Source: Alphaproteobacteria bacterium
GTDB taxonomy: Bacteria > Pseudomonadota > Alphaproteobacteria > UBA6615
Direction: 5' to 3'
Length of the DNA: 64,000 nucleotides
Assembly (NCBI GenBank): GCA_965248805.1
Contig: CBDFKJ010000006.1
Coordinates: 330,978 to 394,977 of the forward strand
Shown here: piece after piece, positions 17,017-24,753 of the stretch
Position numbering within the stretch: position 1 is the stretch's first letter
Layout: each line of letters starts with the position of its first letter
Program-made: the position numbers and the translations under genes
Notes under the pieces: model-generated
Databases searched by the model: none
What the model was told of the DNA's origin: nothing
Seen by the model: the letters and a program-made list of their open reading frames with translations, nothing else

Positions 17017-17661
17017 TCACTCCCGCCGGCGCGCCGGCGCAGTAGAGGTCAAGAACCGCATTAGATCGCCATCGGCGAACAATTGCGCAAGTACAGAGGA
17101 CACCCCCGCGTTCATCCGCTCGTTTATCTCGTTGCCGTCGGCGGTAATACTTACCGGTTCTCCTGTTTCGTCATAATAATAGACGCGTACGATCTCATCT
17201 GCTGTAGAGACGCTCCGGGCCTGCGCCTTAATCGAAATAAACACGTTCTCTGTACCCAACCAAAAACCCATCTGTATGTTCCATTGAAACGATCGCAGAG
17301 AGATCACAACTTGTGCATCAACAGGATCATCTTCAGGCAAGAGAGCGAACCCACGAGCCCGGAATCCCTGAACAATCTGCTGTCGAAAATAAGTGATCAA
17401 CTGCCGGGGCGAGATGTTCACGCCCGCTGTGCCCACGCCGGGTTTGCCAACGACTCGCTGCTCTCTGTCGTCGATAACCAACACTGCAAGTCTCACGCCA
17501 TCTCCAAGGTCGTCCTGCACAACCGGATCGGGTACGTCTGCCGTCAATTCAAGCTCGTGGGGCGTCCACCCCCCACACCCTGCCATCCCCAACGCACCGA
17601 CCAGCATCAGGACGAGCAAAACTGCCTCCAATGCGCCGCCCATCCCAGCGTGCCGTCTCAT
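17017..17661 (-). CDS. Lipoprotein (YajG-like?), co-oriented directly downstream of the repressor
   Basis: MRRHAGMGGALEAVLLVLMLVGALGMAGCGG: basic n-region, hydrophobic core, lipobox-like MAGC. AAGGGA lies 5 nt before the ATG at 17661. The body is visibly lower in GC than its neighbours. Confidence 0.65.
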   Translation of the reverse strand: MRRHAGMGGALEAVLLVLMLVGALGMAGCGGWTPHELELTADVPDPVVQDDLGDGVRLAVLVIDDREQRVVGKPGVGTAGVNISPRQLITYFRQQIVQGFRARGFALLPEDDPVDAQVVISLRSFQWNIQMGFWLGTENVFISIKAQARSVSTADEIVRVYYYDETGEPVSITADGNEINERMNAGVSSVLAQLFADGDLMRFLTSTAPARRRE

Positions 17662-17683
17662 TCCATCCCTTTTCGTCACCTGC

Positions 17684-18328
17684 TCACCGCGCCGTCCGGG
17701 CGATCCAAACGATCAGATGAACCGCCTGCACATCCTCCACGGGCCACTCGATCTCCTTTGGAGGATTGAATTGGGAGCAAACCACGGCCTTCGCGCCGCT
17801 GCGGACCAACGTCTTTATGTAGCCCTCACCATTACAAAGCTGTACGACCACGTCGTCTCCGACGACCGGCGGCCGGTTCGGATGGACATAACAGAGTTCG
17901 CCATTGCGAATGCGCGGCTGCTGGCTTTCGCCGTGCATGTACACGGCATAGGCGTCCACAACGTTGCGAAGCGACGCTGGGCGTTCAACTCGATCCACGA
18001 TTGATCCGTTGTCAAAGAAGAAACCGTCTTCGCCGCCGCGGCCATGGCCTAACACCGGGACATCCGCGGCACCCGTTTCGGGCCGGACTTCGGCAAGGCG
18101 GGCGGTCCCCTCGACCGGCGCGTGTGCATCGCCATCTTCCATCAGCGCCCAAACAGGACGGCGAAGCGTCCTGGCGATCTTTACCAAAGTGTCGTTGCGA
18201 GGGTTCTTCGAACGCCCCTTGAGAATATCGTGAACGGCGTTCTCGTTCAGCCCAGAATCCCGCGCCAAACGCTTCGGGTTGGTACCTTCCGCTTCCATAA
18301 AAGCCTGAATGCGCTCGGCAACGCCCAT
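17684..18328 (-). CDS. cI/LexA-like phage repressor (XRE-type HTH plus S24 peptidase domain)
   Basis: The N-terminal HTH reads GTNPKRLARDSGLNENAVHDILKGRSKNPRNDTLVKIARTL. The C-terminal part has YMHGESQQPRIRNGE (Ser) and GEGYIKTL (Lys). Confidence 0.85.
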   Translation of the reverse strand: MGVAERIQAFMEAEGTNPKRLARDSGLNENAVHDILKGRSKNPRNDTLVKIARTLRRPVWALMEDGDAHAPVEGTARLAEVRPETGAADVPVLGHGRGGEDGFFFDNGSIVDRVERPASLRNVVDAYAVYMHGESQQPRIRNGELCYVHPNRPPVVGDDVVVQLCNGEGYIKTLVRSGAKAVVCSQFNPPKEIEWPVEDVQAVHLIVWIARTAR

Positions 18329-18329
18329 G

Positions 18330-18401
18330 TGTGAACGGTCACACTGCTAAGCTGGAAGATGCAAGTGAGAAATATGCATTGACAATATGAGATCATTCAC
18401 A
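18330..18401. promoter_or_regulatory. Divergent immunity promoter/operator region
   Basis: TGTGAACGGTCACA lies at 18330..18343, starting 2 nt from the repressor ATG. TGAGATCATTCACA lies at 18388..18401. TTGACA at 18379..18384 faces rightward. Confidence 0.5.
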
Positions 18402-18414
18402 CATTTGTCTCGCT

Positions 18415-18636
18415 ATGACAGATCAGTCGACTTTTCTGAGCGAGGTCGAATCGTTCCTGGTGCGGGAAGGATTGGCCCCAACCACATTCGGCGAACTGGC
18501 ACTGGGTGATCGTCATTTCGTCCGCCAGATCCGCGCTGGCCGCCGATGTTGGCCCGAAACAATTGAAAAAGTACGTGCCTTCATGGTGCGGCACACCTCC
18601 GCCGACTTCCTGGACCAGTCGCAGGACGCAGCGTGA
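18415..18636 (+). CDS. Cro-position small protein (73 aa)
   Basis: Divergent from the repressor and first gene of the rightward operon. No recognised motif. Confidence 0.5.
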   Translation: MTDQSTFLSEVESFLVREGLAPTTFGELALGDRHFVRQIRAGRRCWPETIEKVRAFMVRHTSADFLDQSQDAA

Positions 18637-18863
18637 TGGCAGAGCCTGACACACACACGGTTCCGGCTAGTGCGGTTCGTCGTCTGGAGGATCGAGTCGT
18701 GTCTCGGCCTCTTGCGCCAAGAGCCGTAGAGAGTCGGAAAGTTGTCGTGCTTGAGCGGCGGTCATTTGAAACGTCAGAGATTGCGACTCTCCCGGTCGCC
18801 GTGACCCGCTGCGGCGTTGGCGCGCAGGACTTCGTCGACGAGGCGGAGGGGGAGGCGGCGTGA
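18636..18863 (+). CDS. Hypothetical small phage protein
   Basis: The start overlaps the upstream stop (GTGATG). Confidence 0.35.
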   Translation: MAEPDTHTVPASAVRRLEDRVVSRPLAPRAVESRKVVVLERRSFETSEIATLPVAVTRCGVGAQDFVDEAEGEAA

Positions 18864-19048
18864 TGGAGGAAACGACCAAGGTCGACCTACGGGGAAGTCC
18901 AAACCTAGCTAACCTCAACATGGCCGAGCGATCTCTGATCTGGGAGACGGCGGCGCGATTGCACCCGTTGGACGCGGGTGTTGACACATTCGCCGACACT
19001 GTGGCCGCGGTTGCCTCAATCTATTTGGCGTTTCGGGACGGCAAATGA
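18863..19048 (+). CDS. Hypothetical small phage protein
   Basis: The start overlaps the upstream stop (GTGATG). A GGAGGGGGAGG stretch lies upstream. Confidence 0.35.
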   Translation: MEETTKVDLRGSPNLANLNMAERSLIWETAARLHPLDAGVDTFADTVAAVASIYLAFRDGK

Positions 19049-19389
19049 CTATCGCCGTGCCGCCCTCTTTGCCTCTTCGTATCATCGGAGGTGTCTCGCC
19101 CCTCTGCGGGCGAGCGTCGAATGACTATGACGCGGCACCGAACAAGTTTCCGTCAGCCTGCCTCCGATCGCGGCGCCGGGGCCTCGCTGCGCACAAAGCT
19201 GACCCTCGTGACTAGGAACCACCGCCCACGGTTGACGGACGCCGGTAGGCGTTTGGCGGTAAGGGCAGCCAGGCCCCTCACTCTTACGGACGACGATTTC
19301 CACAGTCGCACCGTAGCCGCACCGGCCGCGCCGGTCGTGGCCAATCGCCGGTGCCGGAATGGACACGATAACCGCGTGGGAGGCGGGAG

Positions 19390-19884
19390 ATGACCAAGCG
19401 CCGTGACGTCGGCTCGGTCGACGAAGAGGTCCTGGCCTGCATCAACGCTCATGCGCCCAACGACATTCATGAGGCGACCGGCAAGACGGCCGGCCTGTTC
19501 CGCAAGGTCAGCGATCCCGACAGCAGCTACCAGTTGCACTTCATCGACGCCGTGCGTCTGGCAGCGCTGGACATGCGCCACGGCCGCGAGCCGCGGCTGC
19601 TGATCTGCATGGAGCGGTTGGCGCGCGCGCACGCCGAGGATCTGGGCGGCGCGGTGCCGTCCAGCGCCGATCTCGGCCGGCTGGTGCATCACGCCGGCGC
19701 CGAGCTGGGCCAAGTGCACAGCGCCATCCTGGAAATGGACGCCGACGGCTGCCGCCACGCCGAGGAACTGCACATCGTCAAGCGGCAGACCGCCGACGTG
19801 CAGCGCATGTGCGAACGCATCCAACAAGCGTGCGACCGCGACCTGGCGGTGCACCGGCGGCTGCACTCGGTGGCGGCGGAATGA
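19390..19884 (+). CDS. Hypothetical phage early protein (164 aa)
   Basis: ATG preceded by GGGAGGCGGGAG. Plausible composition. Confidence 0.55.
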   Translation: MTKRRDVGSVDEEVLACINAHAPNDIHEATGKTAGLFRKVSDPDSSYQLHFIDAVRLAALDMRHGREPRLLICMERLARAHAEDLGGAVPSSADLGRLVHHAGAELGQVHSAILEMDADGCRHAEELHIVKRQTADVQRMCERIQQACDRDLAVHRRLHSVAAE

Positions 19885-20079
19885 ATGCCCGCGCACACCG
19901 CGAGGGACGGGCGCGGGCCCCGCGCGAACGCTCAGGCGCAAAGGTCAAGCCGGTGCCATCATCGGGCGCCACAATCGGGGATGGCGCAGCACACCAAGCG
20001 GTCATGCAGAGCCCCGCATCGGCTTGTCGGACTAATCAGGGCCAATGGCCGCAATCCCCATAGCGTTCCTCATCGGATA

Positions 20080-20111
20080 GACGGCGCCCGCACCTCCACG
20101 TGGGCGCCGTC
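20080..20111 (+). terminator. Strong stem-loop between early genes (possible terminator)
   Basis: GACGGCGCCC (20080..20089), a 12-nt loop, then GGGCGCCGTC (20102..20111), followed only by TT. Confidence 0.35.
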
Positions 20112-20132
20112 TTGCACTGAAAGGGCATTCAC

Positions 20133-20480
20133 ATGGCCAAGAAACTGAAAGGCAACGGCGCCGGCGCACCTGGTGTCGGGCACAACGTCGGCGAACTGAA
20201 GCGCGATCTGATGCTGGCGGCGCAAGAGATCGCCCGGATCGACGAGCAGATCGCCGAACTTAGGGCCGAGAAGAACCAGATCAAGCAGGCCAAGGTGAAG
20301 GCCCACGGCGTCAAGCTGGCCGACTTCAACACCGTGGCGCGCTGGCGGAGTCTCGAAAACAAGGATCGCAACGAGACCATCGACAACATCCGGCTGTGCT
20401 GCGAGGCGCTGGGGATCGGCGGCCAGGGCGAGTTCTTCCCGACGCCGGCGGTCGTGGCCGGGGCCGAAGCCCGCGCCTGA
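20133..20480 (+). CDS. GapR/DUF2312-like small coiled-coil DNA-binding protein
   Basis: ...ELKRDLMLAAQEIARIDEQIAELRAEKNQIKQAKVKAHGVKLADFNTVARWRSLE...NIRLCCEALGI resembles the UPF0335/GapR family as I recall it. Confidence 0.5.
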   Translation: MAKKLKGNGAGAPGVGHNVGELKRDLMLAAQEIARIDEQIAELRAEKNQIKQAKVKAHGVKLADFNTVARWRSLENKDRNETIDNIRLCCEALGIGGQGEFFPTPAVVAGAEARA

Positions 20481-21001
20481 TGGCCGCGCCGCGCGACGTG
20501 CTGGCCCTCGATCTGGCGACCCACACCGGGTGGGCGCGTTGGCGATCCGGCGGTGAGGTCCGGTTCGGCACGATAGCCCTGCCGAAGTCTGGCCCCGACA
20601 TCGGCCGCTTCCTGGCCGCGTTCGATGACCGGCTGGTCTCGGTGCTCGCCGTCGCGCCCGACGTCGTGGTGTTCGAGGCCCCTTGGATCGGCCCGAACAC
20701 GCATCAGGACACCGCGCGCAAGCTGATGTGCCTGGCGGGCATGCTGGAGTTCGTCTGCAATCGCGCGGCCATCCCCTGTCGCGAGGTCAACAACGCCGCC
20801 GTGCGTAAGCATTTCTGCGGCAAGGGCCGGGCGCCTCGCAAGGAAATGAAACGTCTCGTGACGCAGGCCTGCCGAGCGCGCGGCTGGCAGCCTGCCAACG
20901 ACGATGAGGCCGACGCGCTGGCCGTGCTCGATTTCGCGGCGCACGTCTACAGGCTCGATGTGCCGTGGCCGTGCGGGGCGTTGTTCGGAAAAGCGGCGTG
21001 A
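20480..21001 (+). CDS. RuvC-like Holliday-junction resolvase (phage type)
   Basis: VLALDLATHTGWA (first acidic residue), VVVFEAPW, and ANDDEADALAVL near the C-terminus. ATGA-type overlap with the upstream gene. Confidence 0.65.
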   Translation: MAAPRDVLALDLATHTGWARWRSGGEVRFGTIALPKSGPDIGRFLAAFDDRLVSVLAVAPDVVVFEAPWIGPNTHQDTARKLMCLAGMLEFVCNRAAIPCREVNNAAVRKHFCGKGRAPRKEMKRLVTQACRARGWQPANDDEADALAVLDFAAHVYRLDVPWPCGALFGKAA

Positions 21002-21672
21002 TGGCACAGAACACGTCCGCGGCCGTGATGGCACGACGACACGAGCCACCGGACTCGCTCGACTACTTCCCGACGCCGCCGTGGGCGACGCGGGCGCTGT
21101 GCGAGCATCTGGACCTCTGGGCCAGCAGGATCGGGCAGGAGTCCGCATGGGACCCAGCATGCGGCGAGGGTCACATGGCCCGCCCGTTGGCCGAGTACTT
21201 CGCGCGCGTCGAGGCGTCCGACACTCACGACTACGGGCTGGGCCATCCCGTTGGTGACTTCCTTGCCGGCGAGCTCTTGCCGTCCTGGGAACCTGCCAAA
21301 ACGGTCGATTGGATCATCACGAACCCACCGTTCAACCGGGCCGCGGCGTTCGCCAAGCGCGGCCTGGAATTGGCGAAGACCGGCGTTTGTCTGCTCGTGC
21401 GCACGGCCTTCCTCGAAGGCATCGATCGATACGCCACGCTGTTCGAACCGCACCCGCCGGAGTGGATCTGCCAATTCACCGAACGCGTGCCGATGCTCAA
21501 AGGCAGGCTTTCGCGGACCGCGGCGAGCGCCACAGCCTATTGCTGGATCGTCTGGCTCTGTCCCGCCGAGGCCATCAGCCGATACGGACCTGGGTTCGTT
21601 TGGCTGCCGCCTTGCCGCAGACGTCTTGAGCGCGACGACGACTACGCCCCGCAGCTCACCGGGGCCGCGTGA
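21001..21672 (+). CDS. N6-adenine DNA methyltransferase
   Basis: YFPTPPW, WDPACGEGHMARPL (SAM-binding-like) and DWIITNPPF (NPPF motif IV). Confidence 0.75.
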   Translation: MAQNTSAAVMARRHEPPDSLDYFPTPPWATRALCEHLDLWASRIGQESAWDPACGEGHMARPLAEYFARVEASDTHDYGLGHPVGDFLAGELLPSWEPAKTVDWIITNPPFNRAAAFAKRGLELAKTGVCLLVRTAFLEGIDRYATLFEPHPPEWICQFTERVPMLKGRLSRTAASATAYCWIVWLCPAEAISRYGPGFVWLPPCRRRLERDDDYAPQLTGAA

Positions 21673-21687
21673 GCGCGGAGTGAGCAT

Positions 21688-22503
21688 GTGGCCGAGTTCC
21701 CAGCGCTTCCCCTTTGGACCGACGCATACCTAGGCGACACCGTGCACCTGACGACAATCGAGCACGGTGCGTATCTGTTGCTGCTGATGACCGCGTGGCG
21801 GGCAAGGTCGCATGACCTGCCGGATGACGATCGCATGCTCGCCAGATATTGCAGGTTGACCGTCGGCCAATGGCGGCGAATCCGGCCTACCTTAGAACCG
21901 TTCTGGATGGTCGCAAACGGGCGGTGGTCGAACCGCAGGCTGCTCGACGAACTCGATGCTGTCAGACAGGCCCGTGCCCAGCGGTCAGATGCGGGCAGAG
22001 CTAGTGCATTAAAAAGAAAGCATAGAGGGTCAACGGGCGTACCAACGAAACTTCAACGGGAGGGCAACACCCTACCCATACCCATAGTAGGGAAGGAGCT
22101 TGTTGGTAACACCGAGTCTGAATCTGAAGATCGGAGTCCTGATGGGAAGATAGCCGTTTCGCCAAAACGAAACGGCCACGACCAGGTCGAAGCTGCGTTC
22201 GATGCCTGGAACGCGTTTGCGCAGACCCACGGGTTGCCCACGGTGCAGAAACGCACCACGGCCAGACGCGCCGCACTGCGGCGGAGGCTGGCGGACGGGG
22301 GCGGCCTTGACGGCTGGCAGGCAGCGCTCGACAAGGCCGCGTCCATCCCGTGGATGCTCGGCGAAAACCCTCGCGGGTGGCGGCTCAACCTCACCACGCT
22401 GGTTCGCGAGGAATTCTTCGCCAAGCTCATGGAGGGCGCCTACGACAAGGCCACAGGACTCTCTGCGGCACAGGCATGGCTCGCCAAGCAGAGCGCGCCA
22501 TGA
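21688..22503 (+). CDS. DUF1376 (YdaU-like) domain protein, replication-module associated
   Basis: LWTDAYLGDTVHLTTIEHGAYLLLLMTAWR...DDDRMLARYCRLT..W. It has an AT-rich central linker and a GTG start. Confidence 0.6.
   Translation: MAEFPALPLWTDAYLGDTVHLTTIEHGAYLLLLMTAWRARSHDLPDDDRMLARYCRLTVGQWRRIRPTLEPFWMVANGRWSNRRLLDELDAVRQARAQRSDAGRASALKRKHRGSTGVPTKLQREGNTLPIPIVGKELVGNTESESEDRSPDGKIAVSPKRNGHDQVEAAFDAWNAFAQTHGLPTVQKRTTARRAALRRRLADGGGLDGWQAALDKAASIPWMLGENPRGWRLNLTTLVREEFFAKLMEGAYDKATGLSAAQAWLAKQSAP
21995..22020 (+). repeat. Copy 1 of the GCAGAGCTAGTRCATTRAAA repeat (inside the DUF1376-like gene)
   Basis: GCAGAGCTAGTGCATTAAAAAGAAAG. It encodes (G)RASALKRK in frame. Confidence 0.7.
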
Positions 22504-23153
22504 CGGCGCTCGACCACTACGACGACCGCGCCGCGGCACTGGTGGCCGTCGACCACACGATCGCCAAGCTCATGGCGCTGTACGACGACATGACCGCGGC
22601 GAAGGCGGATGCGGCTAAGCCGGTGTTCGTCGAGGCCTTGGTGGGCGACGGAAGACCGCGCTTCTCGGCCGAGACGATCGCCAAGGGACTACGCGACGTG
22701 CTCACCGGGTGGCGGCGGCAGAAGGCACCACAAGCCGCCGACATCGCCGCCGCATGTGCTGGATACCACCGGCAAACACCAACCTCGCCGGCCATCGCGG
22801 CAACACCCAATCGCCGCCCGCGCTGCGACCTGTGCGGCGCTGAGCGCCGTGACGATGGCACCTACGCGCAAGGCACGCTTGGGCTCTACCGCGACGCCGG
22901 TCCCGGCGCCGCCAACCCGTGGGAGCGCGATGAGCACGCCTGCGGCCACAGCCGCGCCTGGCTGCATGGGCGCAACGCCCAGGGCTGGTCAACGTTGTCG
23001 CAGCTCCCAGCCCATGAGCGCCACGTCGCTGTCGGCGGACCTGAGCTCGCCGGACCGCTCGCAACGATCGGCTCGGCGACAAGATGGGCAGAGGGCGAGG
23101 TTTGCAATGACGCAACCTACGGTGCGCGTAACTTTTGGGGCGCACGATCGTGA
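22500..23153 (+). CDS. Hypothetical phage protein (217 aa)
   Basis: ATGA overlap with the upstream gene. No recognised motif. Confidence 0.5.
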   Translation: MTALDHYDDRAAALVAVDHTIAKLMALYDDMTAAKADAAKPVFVEALVGDGRPRFSAETIAKGLRDVLTGWRRQKAPQAADIAAACAGYHRQTPTSPAIAATPNRRPRCDLCGAERRDDGTYAQGTLGLYRDAGPGAANPWERDEHACGHSRAWLHGRNAQGWSTLSQLPAHERHVAVGGPELAGPLATIGSATRWAEGEVCNDATYGARNFWGARS

Positions 23154-23180
23154 GCAGAGCTAGTACATTGAAACATTGGA
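23154..23180 (+). repeat. Copy 2 of the repeat, starting immediately after the stop at 23153
   Basis: GCAGAGCTAGTACATTGAAACATTGGA. Followed by a perfect hairpin, TCTACGCGG-aaatc-CCGCGTAGA, at 23191..23213. Confidence 0.7.
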
Positions 23181-23248
23181 CGAAATCACATCTACGCGGA
23201 AATCCCGCGTAGATACAAAGGGACGCCGATACAGCACTTTCAAATGGC

Positions 23249-23440
23249 ATGCAGGCTATGTGGATCATTGATAAAGCGCGCCGAAGGCACAAGGAAACCA
23301 GGTTGTGGTGGGAAAGGCACGTGCGTCCCTTTTTGCCAGACGATGAGGTTGAGTGGAAAGACGTTCCGATGTTCGAGCGGTTTGTGACACTACCCAGAAT
23401 GAAGCGGAAATCGGACATCATCCGGAGCAGCACAAGGTAA
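23249..23440 (+). CDS. Hypothetical basic 63-aa ORF in the AT-rich cassette
   Basis: ORF only. An alternative overlapping 47-aa Cys-rich frame lies at 23244..23387 (MACRLCGSLIKRAEGTRKPGCGGKGTCVPFC...). Confidence 0.25.
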   Translation: MQAMWIIDKARRRHKETRLWWERHVRPFLPDDEVEWKDVPMFERFVTLPRMKRKSDIIRSSTR

Positions 23441-23454
23441 ATGGGCCGCGGGGC

Positions 23455-23480
23455 GCAGAGCTAGTACATTGAAAAAGAAG
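23455..23480 (+). repeat. Copy 3 of the repeat
   Basis: GCAGAGCTAGTACATTGAAAAAGAAG. Identical to copy 2 over 20 nt. Followed by the hairpin GAAGGCACA-aag-TGTGCCTTC at 23477..23497. Confidence 0.7.
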
Positions 23481-23665
23481 GCACAAAGTGTGCCTTCTGT
23501 CTAAAATGTCCCATAAATATGCATCAGATTATGCAGGAAAATGGGACATCCTGAGCACCTGGGCGACCGGCACTGGCATTGCCGAACGCGCCCAAGCGCT
23601 AGGCGTGGCGGGAGCCGCCCTGGCGCTCAACCGGCAAAACGGACTGGAATTTTGCGGTATGAAGG

Positions 23666-24073
23666 ATGAAGGGCGCCAATGCCTATGCGGCGGCCGACGA
23701 CGTGCTCGCCGATCTCATGCTGGCCGGCCGGGCGCTGAGGCATCTGCCACCGGAGCGCCTCGATCGCGCCGTGGCCTGGTGGCCAAGCATCGTCCGCGAC
23801 ACCAGCGAGGCATACGGCTACCACGCAGCGGTAGCGCCGCGTCTGCGCGCGACGCTCGACGAAATCAACGCACTCGATCGTGTGCTGGACGCGGCCTGGG
23901 TCTTGGACGGAAGCGAGCGCCGGCTTGTGCTGGCGCGGGCAATGGGCTTCTCCTGGCGGCGCATCATGCGCCAGCGCAGACGGCGTGGCGACGGGCTGCG
24001 GCACGAAAGCCTCAAGCGCCAGTTCAGGGATTGCGTTCTGCGCATGGCGGTTGAGTACGGCCAGGCAGACTGA
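23666..24073 (+). CDS. Hypothetical regulator-like phage protein (135 aa, C-terminal HTH-like segment)
   Basis: ...SERRLVLARAMGFSWRRIMRQ...SLKRQFRDCVLRMA resembles a sigma-70 region-4/LuxR-type HTH. An upstream ORF from 23506 in another frame abuts it. Confidence 0.5.
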   Translation: MKGANAYAAADDVLADLMLAGRALRHLPPERLDRAVAWWPSIVRDTSEAYGYHAAVAPRLRATLDEINALDRVLDAAWVLDGSERRLVLARAMGFSWRRIMRQRRRRGDGLRHESLKRQFRDCVLRMAVEYGQAD

Positions 24074-24185
24074 TTTGTGGCTTCGGCTCGCGTCGAGTTT
24101 TTTTTCGCTTGCGGGAAACACGGGAAACAGATATTGGGCTGTTTCTCATCAGGTTGGGCGTTGTGTGTTTCATGCCCGTACCAAT

Positions 24186-24219
24186 CCCGCCCGGTTCCCC
24201 TGCCGCGGCGGGTTTTTTT
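24186..24219 (+). terminator. Rho-independent terminator-like hairpin with T7 tract
   Basis: CCCGCC (24186..24191) pairs with GGCGGG (24207..24212), then TTTTTTT (24213..24219). A T8 run at about 24097..24104 also follows the preceding gene. Confidence 0.4.
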
Positions 24220-24396
24220 GTTCCCAACCATGGGAGACGCGACATGAACCGAGCAGCCGTCAAGGTCTTGGTTGGGTTCGCCGCCGGCGTGATCTGTTGC
24301 CAGACGGCGAACGCAGCCATCGAAGCTAGTGCGGGCGGATAGACCACGGTCGGGTACCCCCTGGCCGCGCCGGGGCAGAACCGGCAGCCCGCTCCA

Positions 24397-24753
24397 TCAG
24401 AGCGATCCGTGCTCGCCGATCACTACGCCGAGCTCGGCGGCAAACCACTCGGCCAGCATCGTGCGATGGCACCAGTTCGAGGGGCTGAACGGAGGTTGCT
24501 CCCAGCAGAGCAACACGGGCTCGGCGCCGCCGGCCAGAGCGTGCAGCTCGTCCCACACCGTCTGAGCATCGAGCGGGCCGAGGATGTCGCGGAAGTAGAT
24601 TTCGCGATATTGAGACTCGGGCATGCGCATCATCTCGCGGGTCGGCACGAGCGCCGTATAGGTGCGGTAGCCGGCGGGCGTTCCACGCGGCGCCCAGCGT
24701 GCGATAGAGATCCGGCCGGGGCCGGTGTAGGTCTTGAAGCTGGCGGTCTTCAT
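24397..24753 (-). CDS. DUF488-family protein
   Basis: MKTASFKTYTGPGRISIARWAPRG...PVLLCWEQPPFSPSNWCHRTMLAEWF has the conserved LLC-x-E...CHR pattern. Its ATG shares one base with the upstream stop (TGATG). Confidence 0.7.
   Translation of the reverse strand: MKTASFKTYTGPGRISIARWAPRGTPAGYRTYTALVPTREMMRMPESQYREIYFRDILGPLDAQTVWDELHALAGGAEPVLLCWEQPPFSPSNWCHRTMLAEWFAAELGVVIGEHGSL

Noticed and set aside
23506-23665. Small ORF MSHKYASDYAGKWDILSTWATGTGIAERAQALGVAGAALALNRQNG... upstream of the regulator-like gene, possibly its frameshifted N-terminus
   Set aside because: It is in a different frame from 23666..24073 and runs on as GC-rich nonsense. I cannot tell whether it is a separate small gene, a frameshifted N-terminus or noise.
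24244-24342. 32-aa ORF MNRAAVKVLVGFAAGVICCQTANAAIEASAGG with a GGGAGA upstream, in the terminator-rich gap
   Set aside because: It is too short and unsupported. It could be a small signal-peptide-like peptide, but there is no further evidence.
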